From Squalus acanthias (Eukaryota): a stretch of 64,000 bases of DNA. How positions within the stretch are numbered: the first letter of the stretch is position 1; each line of letters begins with the position of its first letter. The stretch spans positions 131,628,001 through 131,692,000 of the forward strand of contig CM059432.1 in the NCBI GenBank assembly GCA_030390025.1. Direction: 5' to 3'. The position numbers were made by a program, and so were the translations under genes. The notes under the pieces are model-generated. The model saw only the letters and a program-made list of their open reading frames with translations, was not told the DNA's origin and ran no database searches. Shown here in pieces: positions 10,900 through 24,363 of the stretch.

Positions 10900-11580
10900 C
10901 ATGGTCAATTTTATTCCTCAACCGACAGCACTATAACAGATTATCTGGTCATTATCACATTGCTGTGTGTGGGATCTTGCTGTGCACGAATCGGCTGCTT
11001 TGCTTCCTACATTACAACAGTGACTACATTGTTGTTCTTTGGCTGTAAAGTGCTTTGGGATGTCCTGAGGTTGTGAAAGGTACTACAGAAATGCAAACTT
11101 TTTTTCAACCCACTCCGAAGGCTTAAGCACTGTGTAGTTACTGAGGATGTGCTGCACTGTCGGTGGTGTTTTACAGTTGAGAAGTTAAACTAAGGCCCCA
11201 TCAGCCCTCTTGGGTGGATGTAAAAGATTCCGCGGCAAATATTCCAAGAAGAGCACGGGAATTTCCCCGGTGTCCTGGCCAACATTTATCCCTCAATCAA
11301 CACGTAAAACAGATTCAATAGCAAAATATTGTGGATGCTGGAAATCTGAAATAATAACAGAAAATGCTGGAAACACTCAGCAGGTCAGGCAGCATCGTGG
11401 AGAGAGAGAGAGAAACAGAGTTAACGTTTCGGGTCGATGACCCTCCGTCAGAACGTAAAACAGATTGTCTGGTTTACTTATCTCACTGCTGATTGTGGGA
11501 GCTTGCTGTGCACAAATTGGCTGCCATGTTTCCTACATTACAACAGTGACCACTTCTTCAAAAGTACTTAATTGGTTGTT
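10900..11580 (+). mobile_element. Two L2-tailed SINEs, the second interrupted by a short insert
   Basis: Recurrent cores (gattatctggtcattatcacattgctg; aacatttatccctcaa; cacaaattggctgcc...ttcctacattacaacagtgac). Confidence 0.65.
11316..11452. mobile_element. Short Penelope-type insert with 14-bp TSD
   Basis: atgctggaaatctgaaata...aaatgctggaaacactcagcaggtcaggcagcatc; TSD acgtaaaacagatt at 11302-11315 and 11453-11466. Confidence 0.7.
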
Positions 11581-12467
11581 TTTGCTGCACATAAAAAGAG
11601 ACCAATCAAACAGCCCATACTGGGATTCAAAATAATCTCCGGTGGGTATCCAAGCATATTGTGTAGGCAATTTAGGGTTCAAGCACTAGACTAGTACTGG
11701 CATGCAATACATAGTGGTTTAAGATTTTCATCTGGTGTTTCTCCTCTTCTGCCCCCCTCGCCCATTACTAACCAAGACTTCATTGGCTAAACTGCAGTTG
11801 TTATCTTACTCCTCCCTTATTAGGATATTCCACATAGTTCTCTACACTACTTTTGCATGTTGAATATAAGTAAATGGGGATATTGTTGAGTGAAAATAAT
11901 CAGTTTGCAATTTTAAGGAGGGAACGGACTGAGGAATAGGCAGTGCAGTTGGCCAATTCCTTTCATTCGAATTTAAAATACGCCACCTGATATTTTCAGG
12001 TTTTTTTCTGAATTCGGGTCTTCACATCAGATAAAGTTAACAGAAATTAATGTGATTTTAGGACAAAAATTAAGCCCTGTTTATAATCAGAAAACCAGCT
12101 TTAATTGGGTAATAACTGCAAGTTTAAAAAAAAACACACAGATATCAAAACATCAGCAGGTCATGAATTGAATAAATAAGCAGGAATCTTTTGCAGAGTG
12201 GAGTGACATGAATCATTCAACTGTTTTTTGGAAAGGGTGCAGCAGAGTTTCATTCAGTTTGAAGGTGACACTTTTTGTTTGAGTTTTATTCAGTTTAACT
12301 TGAATTTATCTTTTGGGCCAGGGGAGAATAAGTATTGGGTTTCATCTGGTTAAACTCTAAACTCAGGCCTATTTATATAATATTTATTGTACGTTGAATA
12401 CTATTGTCACTGAGTATTGCTAATTTGTATCCTGAATATAACAATTTTTTCCCCCCAACTTTTCCAG

Positions 12468-12584
12468 CCTGATCAAATGGCTACTTGTCCGTTCGATGCA
12501 GATCACAGGCTTCCGAAATCATCGCTGGAAAAACATGTTGCATCCTGCAGACTGAGGAAGCTGGGATATTCTAGAGAGGAAGAG
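12468..12584 (+). CDS. SNRNP48: SNRNP48 exon 2 (CHHC U11-48K zinc finger)
   Basis: PDQMATCPFDADHRLPKSSLEKHVASCRLRKLGYSREEE; acceptor tttccag, donor GAG|gtctgt, phase 0-0. Confidence 0.95.
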
Positions 12585-13239
12585 GTCTGTATGCAAGTGT
12601 GGAAAATGCATTTGAACTGGACTAATTGTCAGCAAATCAGTTTTTGTTCAGATAAACTCAACTGGCAATTTTCTAGAATGTGTTCATTTTTGTATCAGAA
12701 GTACAGATAGGGAATCTTTGAAGCTGCATGTTGTACTTCAAATTTAATTGATTCACTTGTGTTGTGATGGTAACATCATGATGTCTTGTCTGTCCATAGT
12801 GTGATTTTTCCAGTGGCGCATATTTCTGTTCTAGGACTATAATAACTCATTTATCCATTTTCTGTTGAAGTTGATTAGCATCGCTGGGTCCATGGAGCAG
12901 TTCAGTATGGGCTTGTCAGTAAGATATCTAGCATAGTACAGGGAGGATAAAGCATTAGTTTTAGCCTATAGATCATGCACAGATATTTCTAAAAAGTAAT
13001 ATTTACAGGGTTTCTCCGTAACTATGTCTAATGTTCACTGGCATGGATGCACTGAGATATCAGTCATAGAGATCCCCCTTGGATAATTTTCACCACGTAA
13101 CACTTTTTTTGTTGATCCTCCCTCCTCTTTGCAGAATATATGCTAAAATATAACATTTTGGAGATAAAGAACCCAATTACACAAGCCCTGTTCCAGTACA
13201 CGCACGCAAGTTTCCAGTGAAGTGCATAGCATATGGATG

Positions 13240-13770
13240 TCATGAAGAAGCCCAGTACTGTGTTCAATTCTGGGCACCACACCTTAGGAAGGAGATATTG
13301 GCCTTGGAGGGAGTGCAGTGCCAGAATGATACCTGGACTCCAAGGGTTAAATTACTATGCGATTACATAAACTATGAGATTACTCCCTGGAATGATTAAG
13401 GGGTGATTTGATCAAGATATTAAGGGGAACTGATGGGGTAGATAGAGAGAAATGATTTCCGCTGCTTGTAGAATTTAGGACTGGAGGACATAGCCTACAA
13501 ATTAGAGCCAGGCCTTTCAGGAGTGAAGTTAGGAAACACTTCTACGTGCAAAGGGTGGTAGATATTTAGAACTCTCTTCCGCAAACAGCTGTTGATACTA
13601 GGTCAGTTGTTCATTTTAAATCTGAGATTGATAGATTTCTGTTAACCAAAGGTATTAAGGGATGGGGCAAAGGCAGGTATATGGAGTTAGGTCACAGATC
13701 AGCCATGATCTCATTGAAATGGCAGAAAAGGCTCAAGAGGCTAAATGGCCTACTCCTGTTCCTATGTCTC
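13240..13770 (+). mobile_element. Degraded CR1 3' end
   Basis: QYCVQFWAPHLRKEILALEGVQ; CR1 3' UTR gatcagccatgatctcattgaa...ggcctactcctgttcctatg. Confidence 0.85.
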
Positions 13771-13900
13771 AGTAAATGTGACTTTTGTAAAATAATAAAA
13801 CCTAAAAATGATTTATATTAACAGACACATTTGTATGACATTCCTCTGTTCTCTATTTAATATTATAGTAACAATTTTTTTGGATTGTTTTAACATTCAG

Positions 13901-13961
13901 GCTGAAATGTATGATCCTTCTTTTGCCTACGAGAAAACTCTGGTACCTACTTTTAAAATGG
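13901..13961 (+). CDS. SNRNP48: SNRNP48 exon 3
   Basis: AEMYDPSFAYEKTLVPTFKM; acceptor attcag, donor G|gtaagt, phase 0-1. Confidence 0.93.
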
Positions 13962-14653
13962 GTAAGTACAATGTAGGTGCTCAAGAAAACTAACTTTATC
14001 ACTATAGCTGCAACTTCTAGATTTCATTTCTGATTAACTGATTTATGTAATTTTAAGATCCAAATGCAATTTAGTGACTGTACAGAAGGGATGGATATCT
14101 ACTTTAAAACAACCAATCTGGGCTTAGTGAGGAATCCTACTTGGACAATCAGTACGTGCCACCACAGACAGTTGACAAAATGTATCTAATGTCCCAAAAT
14201 CTTAATCCTTGCCTCCGAAGAGTCATCCCTGATGCATCAGACTAGTATTTTGTATTGTTTATATTTTTATTGTTTATATTTTTATTATTAAAAGTTTTGT
14301 TGAAGAAATTCAAGAATTCATTGATATAAGAGTGCTAATCAATCCTGTGTAACTAAGCAGAATTGTTTTAGTTGCTGAAGTGGAGCAAAAGACCTGGCAC
14401 TTTAATATTTTTAGGCATACTCTACCACATGCTTGCACTTGATGGTATATTTTTCTTCTTGTTTAAAAACACAATTATGGTGCACATTTCCTTTGCAAAG
14501 ACAAACCGTATGATCTCTACAGTATATGAAAACCTTATTTGACTTGTTTGTTTCTTGGCATTTCATACATGGAACACTGGGCCATGAGCAGCAAGTTGTT
14601 GCTGTCACACAAGATTGTACAAAATGGCACAAAATGTTTTTTGTTCCATTTAG

Positions 14654-14734
14654 ATAAAGATTTGCAGACTCAGATAATTCAACAAGCGAGAAGTAAGGCT
14701 CCACTTGGAAAAGAGGAAAGAGTGTTTTCTCAGG
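14654..14734 (+). CDS. SNRNP48: SNRNP48 exon 4
   Basis: (D)KDLQTQIIQQARSKAPLGKEERVFSQ; acceptor atttag, donor CAGG|gtaagt, phase 1-1. Confidence 0.93.
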
Positions 14735-14949
14735 GTAAGTGAAAATCTAAGTTGGATTTTTTTTTAAATTTCCAATAAAATTTTAAAGATATTCAGTGAT
14801 ATAATTCCAATGTAAAGTTAATTTAATGTAGGATGTTAGCACTCTATATTAGCCTGGTGCTGCCTCTTCAAAACAATCTTGAAATAGCTGGTCAGGCACT
14901 TGCCATTTGTACAACTGAAGCATTAGCTATATTATCAGTAATCAAATAT

Positions 14950-16150
14950 GGACAAAAGAGCTAAATTCCAGAGGTGAAATGAGAGTGACTGCCATTGGCA
15001 TCAAGGCAGCATTTTACGGAGTGTGGCATCAAAGAGCCCTAATAAAATTGCAGTCAATGGGAATCGAGGGGAAAATTCTCCACTGGCTGGAGTCATACCT
15101 AGCACAAAGGAAGATGGTTGTGGTTGTTGGAGGTCAATCATCTCAGCCCCCGGGCGTCGCTGCAGGAGTTCCTCAGGGCAGCGTCCTAGGCCCAACTATC
15201 TTCAGCTGCTTCATCAATGACCTTCCCTCCATCATGAGGTCAGAAGTGGGAATGTTCGCTGATGATTGCACAGTGTTCAGTTCCATTCGCAGCTCCTCAG
15301 ATAATGCAGCAGTCCGTGCAGCAAGACCTGGACGACATTCAGGCTTGGGCTGATAAGTGGCAAGTAACATTCACGCCACACAAGTGCCAGGCAATGACTA
15401 TCTCCAACAAGCGAGAGTCCAACCACCGCCCCTTGACATTCAACGGCATTATAATCGCTGAATCCCCCGCCATCAACATCCTGGAGGTTACCATTGATCA
15501 GAAATTTAACTGGACCAGCCATACACATACTGTGTATACAAGAGCAGGTCAGAGGCTGGGTACTCTGTGGCGAATGTCTCACCTCCTGACTCCCCAAAGC
15601 CTTTCTACCACCTACAAGGCACAAGTCAGGAGTGTGATGGAATACTCTCCACTTGCCTGGATGAGTGCAATTCCAACAACACTCAAGAAGCTGGACATCA
15701 TCCAGGACAAAACAGCCCGTTTGATTGGCACCCAATCCACCACCTTAAACATTCACTACCTGCACCACCGGCGTACCGTGGCTGCAGTGTGTACCATCCA
15801 CAAGATGCACTGCAGCAACTCGCCATGGTTTCTTTGACCGCACCTCCTAAACCCGCGACCTCTACCACCTAGAAGGACAAGGGCAGCAGGCGCATGGGAA
15901 CACCATCACCTGCAAGTTCCCCTCCAAGTTACACACTATCCTGACTTAGAAGTATATCGCCGTTCCTCCATCATCGCTGGGTCAAAATCCTGGAACTCCC
16001 TCTCTAACAGCACTTTGGGAGTACCTTCACCACATGGAATGCAGCGGTTCAAGAAAGTGGCTCACCACCACCTTCTCAAGGTCAATTAAGATGGGCAATG
16101 AATGCTGGCCTTGCCAGTGATGCCCACATCCCAGGAATGAAGAAAAAAAA
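14950..16150 (+). mobile_element. 5'-truncated CR1/L2-group LINE (RT domain), frameshifted
   Basis: GVPQGSVLGPTIFSCFINDL...MFADD and WADKWQVTF...YKAQVRSVMEY in overlapping ORFs; A-rich end at about 16140. Confidence 0.9.
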
Positions 16151-18151
16151 TTACCATACTTTCATCTTTCAATAGCCGGTTTTCAATGTATGTATAATTT
16201 TGTACATAATGACAAATTTGTGGCCAATTTCAGGTTGAACTGTTGGAAAATTCCTTCTAGACTTCAGGTGACCATGGTTACCCAGGATGCATTATTGGAT
16301 TTGCACTAACCCTTCCCCCATATGCCTCAAAATTATTAGGATCACCAAAAGGCTGTTGATGCTGGGTCAATTGAATTTTTCAAGACTGAAATAGATAGAT
16401 AATTGTTGGGTAAGGATATCCAGGGATATGGAGTAAAGGTGGGTAAGTGGAGTTGAGGTACAGAACAACCATGATTTAACTGAATGGCCTACTCCTGTAC
16501 CTGTGTAACAGCTATACACAACCAGAAACCAACATCTCCATCTGTTAAGCTGATTCTAAATGTCACAGATTTCTGGCCCTACTTTACTTCTGAAGCCCTT
16601 CAATAGCCTTGTCTGCAACAAAGGAGTCTGATTCTGTTAAATAACATCCTCCTGAAGAAGTTGTATCTTAACGCTTTATGTTTTCTCCTCTTATGTGTGA
16701 ATCCAAGTCGTCTTGTATTAATATTGAAAATCGTTCTGGAATCCATTTGATCTATTCCCTTGAGGACCTTAAATACCTCATTAAAGTCACCTCTAAGCTT
16801 CCTTTTTTTTCCTAATGTGAACATTCCTAGTACAGTTTGTCTTTCCTCATAGCTCAGATGCCTAATACCATTTATGAATTACATTATTAGATAATTGAAG
16901 AAGCTTAAATTTTAGTCGTGATAGCTGTTCCAATTTAATCACATTTTAATACAGTAATTTGTTTTTGGTAAATACCTTGTGATTGACTAACTTCTGTTGT
17001 AGTTGATCGTTGGTATGATTGTGACTGAAAATATTCAGTCTGTTATGAAAGTTTATGTCGGAAATTAGTTCAAGTCTGCAGGCTTGGGGATTTATGAACT
17101 GTTGAACTATAATGTTTGGTAATCCCTTTGATTTTCTTTTTAAAAGCATAGCGCAGTTGAATCTCATGGCCCCAGTTTTCTTCATGGTACAGTACAAACA
17201 CACTCCTTGTACTTGATGTGGAATTTCTCCCTTGTACCAGTCAGTAGTAGTGCTTAGAGGGTTGGACTGATGTATTTAACTGTATTGAAGGTTGATGGTG
17301 CCTCTCATGGACCCTTGCAGTATAGAAATGGAGTTCAAGGGGAAAGCTGGAAACTATTGCCCATGTAAAGCAGGAACTTGTGGCTCTGCAGTCCTGATGA
17401 GCAAGAGAATCCCTTCTTTGTTCTAATTAATGGCTTTCTTTATGGAAATTGAACATGTTCTTGTGAGTGTGCTAAAAAAAAAATTTAAACTTGAGTGGTT
17501 GATATGGAAATGGTTTAGAACAACAAAATACACTTGTAATTATAGTCTTAATTCTGCTTTACTAAGTGGTTAGACACTCACTTCTAGGTAAATTCTCAAT
17601 ATTCTCTGTTGTAACTCCTATTCTCTAATAATAACATATTGTACTTGCAAGATGCAAGTTGTATTTTTCCTTTAGTTGAAGCACTTCAATTAACTATATT
17701 TGTAATACTGCATACCAGTGTGAAGTCTTTGTCATGGCATTTGCTTGTACATTATGTTCTTTTTTTCTTCCCCTCTGGATATTTCTGGACTGCTGGTTGA
17801 CATTGGGGGAAGAGTAGGTATGCAATGTACTGGAGGTCAGTACAAGTGACTAAATCAGCATTTTGTATGAAATATATACGTACACTTAGTATGTACACTT
17901 TCGCCCAATGTACATAGGAGATTTTGGCCATGGGTATGAGGAACTCCTAACGTTGCCTGTTTTACACCAGCTGTTAACTCTTAGTTCCTGTAACCAACGA
18001 TAAACTTCAGCTGATGCTATAAAACATAATATTTACACTGTTACAATGGCAGCAAACTACTTAATTGTAATTCTGTTGATGCAAATTTCACTAAATATTT
18101 GGAATTCTTTTTGAACATGATAATTTAAACTTTTTGGTTTTTCTCTTTCAG

Positions 18152-18159
18152 TAACAGGG
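18152..18159 (+). other. SNRNP48: 8-nt alternative 'poison' microexon (exon 4i) of SNRNP48
   Basis: tttttggtttttctctttcag|TAACAGGG|gtgagt; inclusion shifts the frame to a TAA at 21066-21068. Confidence 0.85.
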
Positions 18160-18247
18160 GTGAGTATATTTGACAGAGGAATGATGAACATGAAAGAATG
18201 TTCTCCTCATGTACAGATTTGCACAGAATTTTACTTGATGTCATACA

Positions 18248-18275
18248 GTATCCTTTTAAAATTATTATATCCTTT
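18248..18275 (+). promoter_or_regulatory. SNRNP48: USSE (U11 snRNP-binding splicing enhancer): tandem U12-type 5' splice-site motifs
   Basis: GTATCCTTT (18248-18256) and ATATCCTTT (18267-18275), starting 96 nt downstream of the microexon 3' splice site, in intron 4. Confidence 0.9.
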
Positions 18276-18624
18276 AAATATGAACCTCAAATAAATGGAT
18301 TGGTTAAATAGAAATAAAAGATTGTATTGAAAAATATTGATCTGTGCTTGATGTTTGCTGAACAGACCTAGTTACAGAGAAATGGGCATTAAAAATACTG
18401 TTTCTTAGCAGGCATGTACTTTACAGGTCTGTTAGATCTGCTTTCATTATCTGGGACAGGGACATTAACCACTTAATCAGCATTTTCCAAATGTAAGTTT
18501 TTGATTGTTGCCATGTAAACTGCTACAAGAAAAAAATACTATAATCACTAAAATAAAAGTCGGCATCCTACTTTAATATTTATGAAGAATCCATCGCATT
18601 AGAAAATGTAAAGCAGAGCAGTTC

Positions 18625-19280
18625 AACAACAACTTGCATTTATATAGTGCCTTTAACATACTAAAATGTCCTATGGTGCTTCACAGGACCATAATCAGAC
18701 AAAAATTGATACTGAACCAAGCTTGGTCAAAGTGGTAGGTTTTAAGGAGGAGAGAGGCAGAAAGGATTAGGGAGGGATTTCCAGAGCCTGGGGCTGATAC
18801 AGTTGACATCATGGCCACCAATGGGGTGAAGGAAGTAGAGGATGGGCAAGAGGCCAAAGTTGGAGGAACACAGAATTCTCAAAGGGTTGTAGGGCTGGAG
18901 GAGCTTACAGAGATATGATGGGGTGAGGCCATGGAGAGATTTGAACATGAGGATGAGAATTTTAAGAGATGTTCAGGGACTGGGAGCCAACGCAGGTCAG
19001 CGAGTGATGAGTGAACGGGACTTGGTACGAGTTCGGATACGGGCTACAGAGTTTTGGATGAGCTTAAGTTTATAGGGATGGGTGGGGGAGGCCGGCTGGG
19101 AGAGCATTGGAATAGTTGAGTCTAGAGGTAACAAAATCATGGATGAAGGTTTCAGCAGCACATGGGCTGAGAGGGGCAATATTATTGAGCTGGAAGTAGG
19201 CAGCCGTGGTGATGGAGAGGTTATGGGGTCAAAAGCTCAGCTCTGGGTCAAATAAGATGCCGAGGTTGCAAACAGTTCCT
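18625..19280 (-). mobile_element. L2 LINE 3' end (antisense)
   Basis: Reverse tail caacaacaacttgcatttatatagtgcc; minus-strand ORFs give L2-like FKSLHGLTPSYL and KLKLIQNSVAR. Confidence 0.8.
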
Positions 19281-21005
19281 TACCATTGTGCTAGTTAAAA
19301 CATCTACATACAGAAGTTTTAATAAGTAAACAATAGATGGATCTAGCTTGCAAGGTAAGCAAATCACTTGTACATACATACAAAACATTTTCTGTATGAC
19401 AGTGCATAAGGGATTGTAAATGCATTTTGAGTAAATAATTATACAGTGAAAGTATTTTTAACATAAAGGTGAGTTACTTGAGGTGAAGTGTAGTTGCTGT
19501 GTTATTTGCCATCCTTGATGAACTAGCAGACCTTTTTAAAAATATAAAGGTTTGGTTAATACCACAATATTATTTTGGGGATCAAATCTGTTGCGTGTTT
19601 CCATGTGTGATTTATCAGTATCTTCAGTGTCTTGCATTAAAGGGCACAGACCTTCATGCACTTTTCTAGCTGTTTGAATACATGACCTTATTCCTGACAT
19701 TGAAGCATATTGCTCATCTTTTACCCAGATATGTTAAGTTTGTGTGATATCTGATTCAGTGCGATTTTTAGTTTTTTTTTTTTACAAAACTTTTTGAACA
19801 TCCTCATTTAAATCTTTAGCAATACATTTGATTTATTGACAACTATTTTTTAAGTGTGCAAATTCAGCATGTAACATAGGATGTAAAAGTATAGTTCATT
19901 TTATTTTTTTAAAGGTGTGTAATCTTCATTTTTCTCTTTGTAACCACTTGTTACCCACATCCCATGATGCATAGTCATGGCTGACATTTCACTTGTCCTA
20001 CCAGTGGTGCTCTAGTGTCAGTTTGTGAGACAGGGACTGAATTGGGAGTGGAGGTAGTTTTGCTGTTTCTTTTTAATTTTTATCTTGGTTTTTCTATCTG
20101 CTTGTGCTGTACCTAATAATAATCCGGTCAGGTTTGGAAACTTGCTTGGATGGTTCTTGTGTAGAAGTCCAAGGACTCCCAGACTGGTGCAGCAGATTGA
20201 TGCATTGTACCACCGGCTCAATGCTAGATAAAATTTTGAAAGCAATTCTGGTTTTGTATTATCACTTTTTATATGAATAACACAGAATTTTATCTTTCTT
20301 GGATGAGACACTTATCCTTTTGCTTTGTAAACTGTCATGTTTGCCTGTATTTCAATTCCCACCTGCACTGCATACCTTCAGTTGGTAAGGCAGACTAATC
20401 TAGACTGCTGACTTCATTACAACATTTAGTACATGATGTAAGGGATAATTCCGCGATTTGGTGCTCCCCAGTAGGGAGTGCGTTGAGGGGAAGTCGTAGG
20501 CTGCGTGCCTAGAATTTCTGAAGATGTACTCCTTGCGAGCGCTGGTCCCCATTGGAATCATTTTATTGTAGAATGACCTCTGCTGTGTTGAGTGAGGTAG
20601 CAAGAGATCTTTCAGCTCGCCCATACTGAAAAAGGCACCTTATTGCAAGAGCTCTACCTAGTGGCCTGGTCAAGAGATGGCAACCTTGTTATTGAGGCAG
20701 CAGGTTGGAACTCAAACTAATATCCAGATTACTTGTGCTGTTAATGCTGCTGGGCTTGTTGTAAGCGTTAAACTATTTCTTGATCAGATTTAACATTTTA
20801 TGTAATTTTTGAAAATTTTCTTACTGGTCACTAGATCTCTTCCAAGATGTCTCTAAAATCTGTAAAATACAAAAGAATGCATTTTCTTTTGTTTGACTGC
20901 ATACAATAGCCCATTTTCCATTTTGCTTGAAGTTGGGCTCTTGCACTATTTTTTGAAAATTATGTAAAGTTTAGGAGTAACTGAGTAAACTGTTAATATA
21001 CATAG

Positions 21006-21194
21006 GTGATTATTCTTCAGTACCTCTTGAAGTTCCTGAGAATCATCAACGTTTCATCTGTGACCTAACTCCAGCGGATCGCCTAGCTATCTACGATCAT
21101 GTTGTCAAAGAAACCAGTCAGCAAAGAACCAAATCTAGTTCTGTTGAAAATGACAGTGATTTGTACGTGGACCTTGCTGCAAAACTCAGCCGAG
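21006..21194 (+). CDS. SNRNP48: SNRNP48 exon 5
   Basis: (G)DYSSVPLEVPENHQRFICDLTPADRLAIYDHVVKET...ENDSDLYVDLAAKLSR; acceptor catag, donor G|gtttgt, phase 1-1. Confidence 0.95.
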
Positions 21195-21469
21195 GTTTGT
21201 ATTTCATTCTAGTTTTTTTTTCTTGAACTTCTTCTTCATAGCTCAAACTAGCTTGGTGTATTCATCTAATACTGTAAGCAAACAATACCAGAACAAACAG
21301 TCTAGTTTCAAACATAGGGTAAAGTACAACGTCATCACTGTTTAATCTGACTCTGAAGCTTTTATTAAAAATATATCTGATTGCAACAGGGTTGGTTTTA
21401 TTCATGTACTGTTAGACTATTTGTAAGTTTGTTTTAATGTAGAAAGGTTACATTTTATAGTTGGTACAA

Positions 21470-22385
21470 ATGAAATCGAGTCGTAGATCCAAGTTTGCTG
21501 ACATCAAGTTAGGTGGCACAGTAAATAGTGTAGTTGGGAACAGAAAGTTGCAAAGGGACATTAATAGAATGAGCAGGCAAAACTGTGGTAAATGGAGTTC
21601 CAATTGGGGAAGTGTTGAGGTCATCCATTTTGGACCCAAGATAGATAGATCAGGGCATTTTCTAAATAGTGAGAAGCTGGAAACTGGAGGAGCAGAGGGG
21701 TTTAAGAGCCCAAATACAAAAATCACTAAAAGCTAGTGGACAGGTACAAAAAATAATTTAAAAGGCTAATGGAATGTTGGCCTTTATCTCAAGGGGGCTG
21801 GAATACAAAGGGTGGAAGTTATGTTAGTTATATAAAGCTCTGGTTGGACTCCATTTAGAGTACTGCATTCAGTGCTGGGCACCACACCTCGGAAAAGCCT
21901 TGGAGGGGGGCGCAGAGCACATTCACCAGACTGATACCGATGCTAAAAGTATTAAATTATTAGGACAAGTTGCAGAGACTAGGCTTGTATTCCCTTAAGT
22001 ATAGAAGATTTAAGGGGTGATCTAATTGAGGTGTTTAAGATGATTAAAGGAATTGATAGGGTAGATAGAAACTATTTCCTCTGGTGGGGGAGTCCAGAAC
22101 AAGGGGGCATAACCTTAATATTAGAGCTAGGCTGTTCAGGGGTGATATCAGGAAGCCCTTCACACAATGGGTAGTGGAAATCTGGAACTCTCTTTCCCCC
22201 AAAAAACTGTTGCGGCTAGGTTAATTGACAATTTCAAAATTGAGATTGATAGATTTTTGTTAGTCTAGGGTATTGAGGGTTATGGAATCAAGACAGGTAG
22301 ATGGAGTTGAGAAAAACAGCCATGATCTAATTGAATGGCCGAACATGCTCGAAGGGCTGAATGGCCTACTCCTGTTCCTATGTAA
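21470..22385 (+). mobile_element. Degraded CR1 LINE
   Basis: SKFADIKLGG...EVIHFG; CR1 3' UTR ending ggcctactcctgttcctatgt. Confidence 0.85.
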
Positions 22386-23085
22386 CTTGGGTTTTCTCTT
22401 GTACTAATTATATTGATTATTTACAATAACCTACTCTCGGGAACTAGGTACATTATTGGTTTTTAATCATGTATAAATTAATACTGATTATTGGTGGGAA
22501 AATATTATGTTGTATTATAATAAGCAGGGTCTTTTATTTTGCCATGAATTTGTATTTGTTACACTTCTGGTATTTTTTTCTGGGGGGAATGGAATATTTC
22601 TTTGAGCTCATGTTCATTTGACAACATGTCTCTAGTTGAGATTGATAATTATCCTAATACATCGAGCTGCTGTACATATTTTTAAGATGTTCTTTGCACT
22701 TTTTAATTTGCACTATGGTAGGTAGAGGTTTTTAATCACCAATCTCACTGATGATATGCTTAAATTTAAGATGATAGCACATCGCAAAAAGTCATGTATT
22801 TTCAGGCTGTTTTGATGGCTATAGATATTTTTTGATTAGTTGCATGACCATTATATTGCTGGGAAAGTTTAAGCATCAGGGCTATCCAAAGATTTAGTCT
22901 GCCTACTATGTCTGGAACCATGGAAGCATAGTATTGGTCTGGTACTAGTGCAGGTTACTGTTTGTTGGAAGTTGTTGGGACTCCAGTATCCTCCTTGTAC
23001 GTATAATCTATACTTGCATACAACTTTGATTATGTAGACCACTTTTTATGCATATATATAAAAAATGCTCCTCACTCCTACATAG

Positions 23086-23207
23086 ATGATGAACAGAAAG
23101 GGCCAAAGTCGCACCTTGAAATTCTTGCAGAAATGAGAGATTACAAACGCCGTCGCCAATCCTACAGAGCCAAGAATGTTCATATAACAAAGAAATCTTA
23201 CACAGAG
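23086..23207 (+). CDS. SNRNP48: SNRNP48 exon 6
   Basis: (D)DEQKGPKSHLEILAEMRDYKRRRQSYRAKNVHITKKSYTE, the highly conserved SNRNP48 motif; phase 1-0. Confidence 0.97.
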
Positions 23208-24226
23208 GTAAGTGTGTGTAAGCTAATATAATGTCTTAATGTTGCTGCATCTATGATGAATACTAAGTTGATTATTTGACAAATTCATTTTCTGCTGTTT
23301 CTAGATTTCCCTTTCCTTTCTTTCCCCCTCCCCTTTAGTGAATCTCATCAGGAATTGAGGATGTAGATGGAGGGCACAAAACATGCCTGGAATAGAATTA
23401 TAATATAAAAGTTATTAACACAGGGTTAACTTGGAATCTAGAGTTGTAATCCTTGTTTTGTTTTTCTGTTGAAGAGCAAGGTGGCAGGATTTCTACTGTG
23501 TATGTATATAACCATTATCTGTCTTGTTTGCTTGTACATCTTTTGTACTTTATTTGAACTTAAAACCAGTTCTGAAGTTGTGATTCTCTATTTGTTGAAT
23601 ACTGGGGCATAGTTTAAATCCAGTATCTAAAATCAATTAACATAAAACTCGTTCTGTTTGTTATCCTGGGCACATTGCTGAAAGCTTACCTAAATATCAA
23701 AGCTGGTGAAGATCCACTTGAAAGTATAGGAGTTAGGACTCACCTTTTTGAGTCATCTAAGATTAAAAGCTAAACAATCTAGAATAAGAGTAGAAAAGAC
23801 CCAAAAACTTAACAGTTCCATTATCTGCGCCCCAATCATCTGCTCTTACGATAATTTGTCAGAATTCTCGTGGGGTCAAACATTAAAACTCCTTACTGTT
23901 TCTTGTTTGTATATCATCCCAGTTTCCTAGTGAATGAAACTTGTTTGTACTGTACTTGCACAGTATTGCTGCATTAGATTTTTAAGACTAAAATGTGGGC
24001 GCTATCGTTTATCTGCCAATTTCATTATCCACCACCAGGAAGGGGCGGAGGTCCTCTCTGTTATGGCAGATAATGAAGGTTCCACTGTAGTAGTAGTCGT
24101 ACTTGTGAAATCAGCCAGTGGGTCAAAAGTCAGTTTTCAAAGTAGATTTGTAGTATACACACTTTACTTGTCAGTTTATAGTGTGTTTAAAATTCAATCC
24201 TGTTCACTGTATCTAATTATTTACAG

Positions 24227-24363
24227 ATAATTAAGGATGTTATTAACGTACATATGGAAGAATTGTCAAGACAGTGGAAAGACCAGAATGACTCTGATAA
24301 CACAGAAGAACATGAAGACCATAGCTCTTCATTATCTTTGAAAAGCTCTACAGTTTCTCGCAG
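24227..24363 (+). CDS. SNRNP48: SNRNP48 exon 7
   Basis: IIKDVINVHMEELSRQWKDQ...; acceptor ttacag, donor AG|gtatgc, phase 0-2. Confidence 0.94.

Noticed and set aside
18248..18275. A real U12-type intron
   Set aside because: All constitutive SNRNP48 introns here have U2-type GT-AG ends; the tandem motifs fit a non-splicing USSE.
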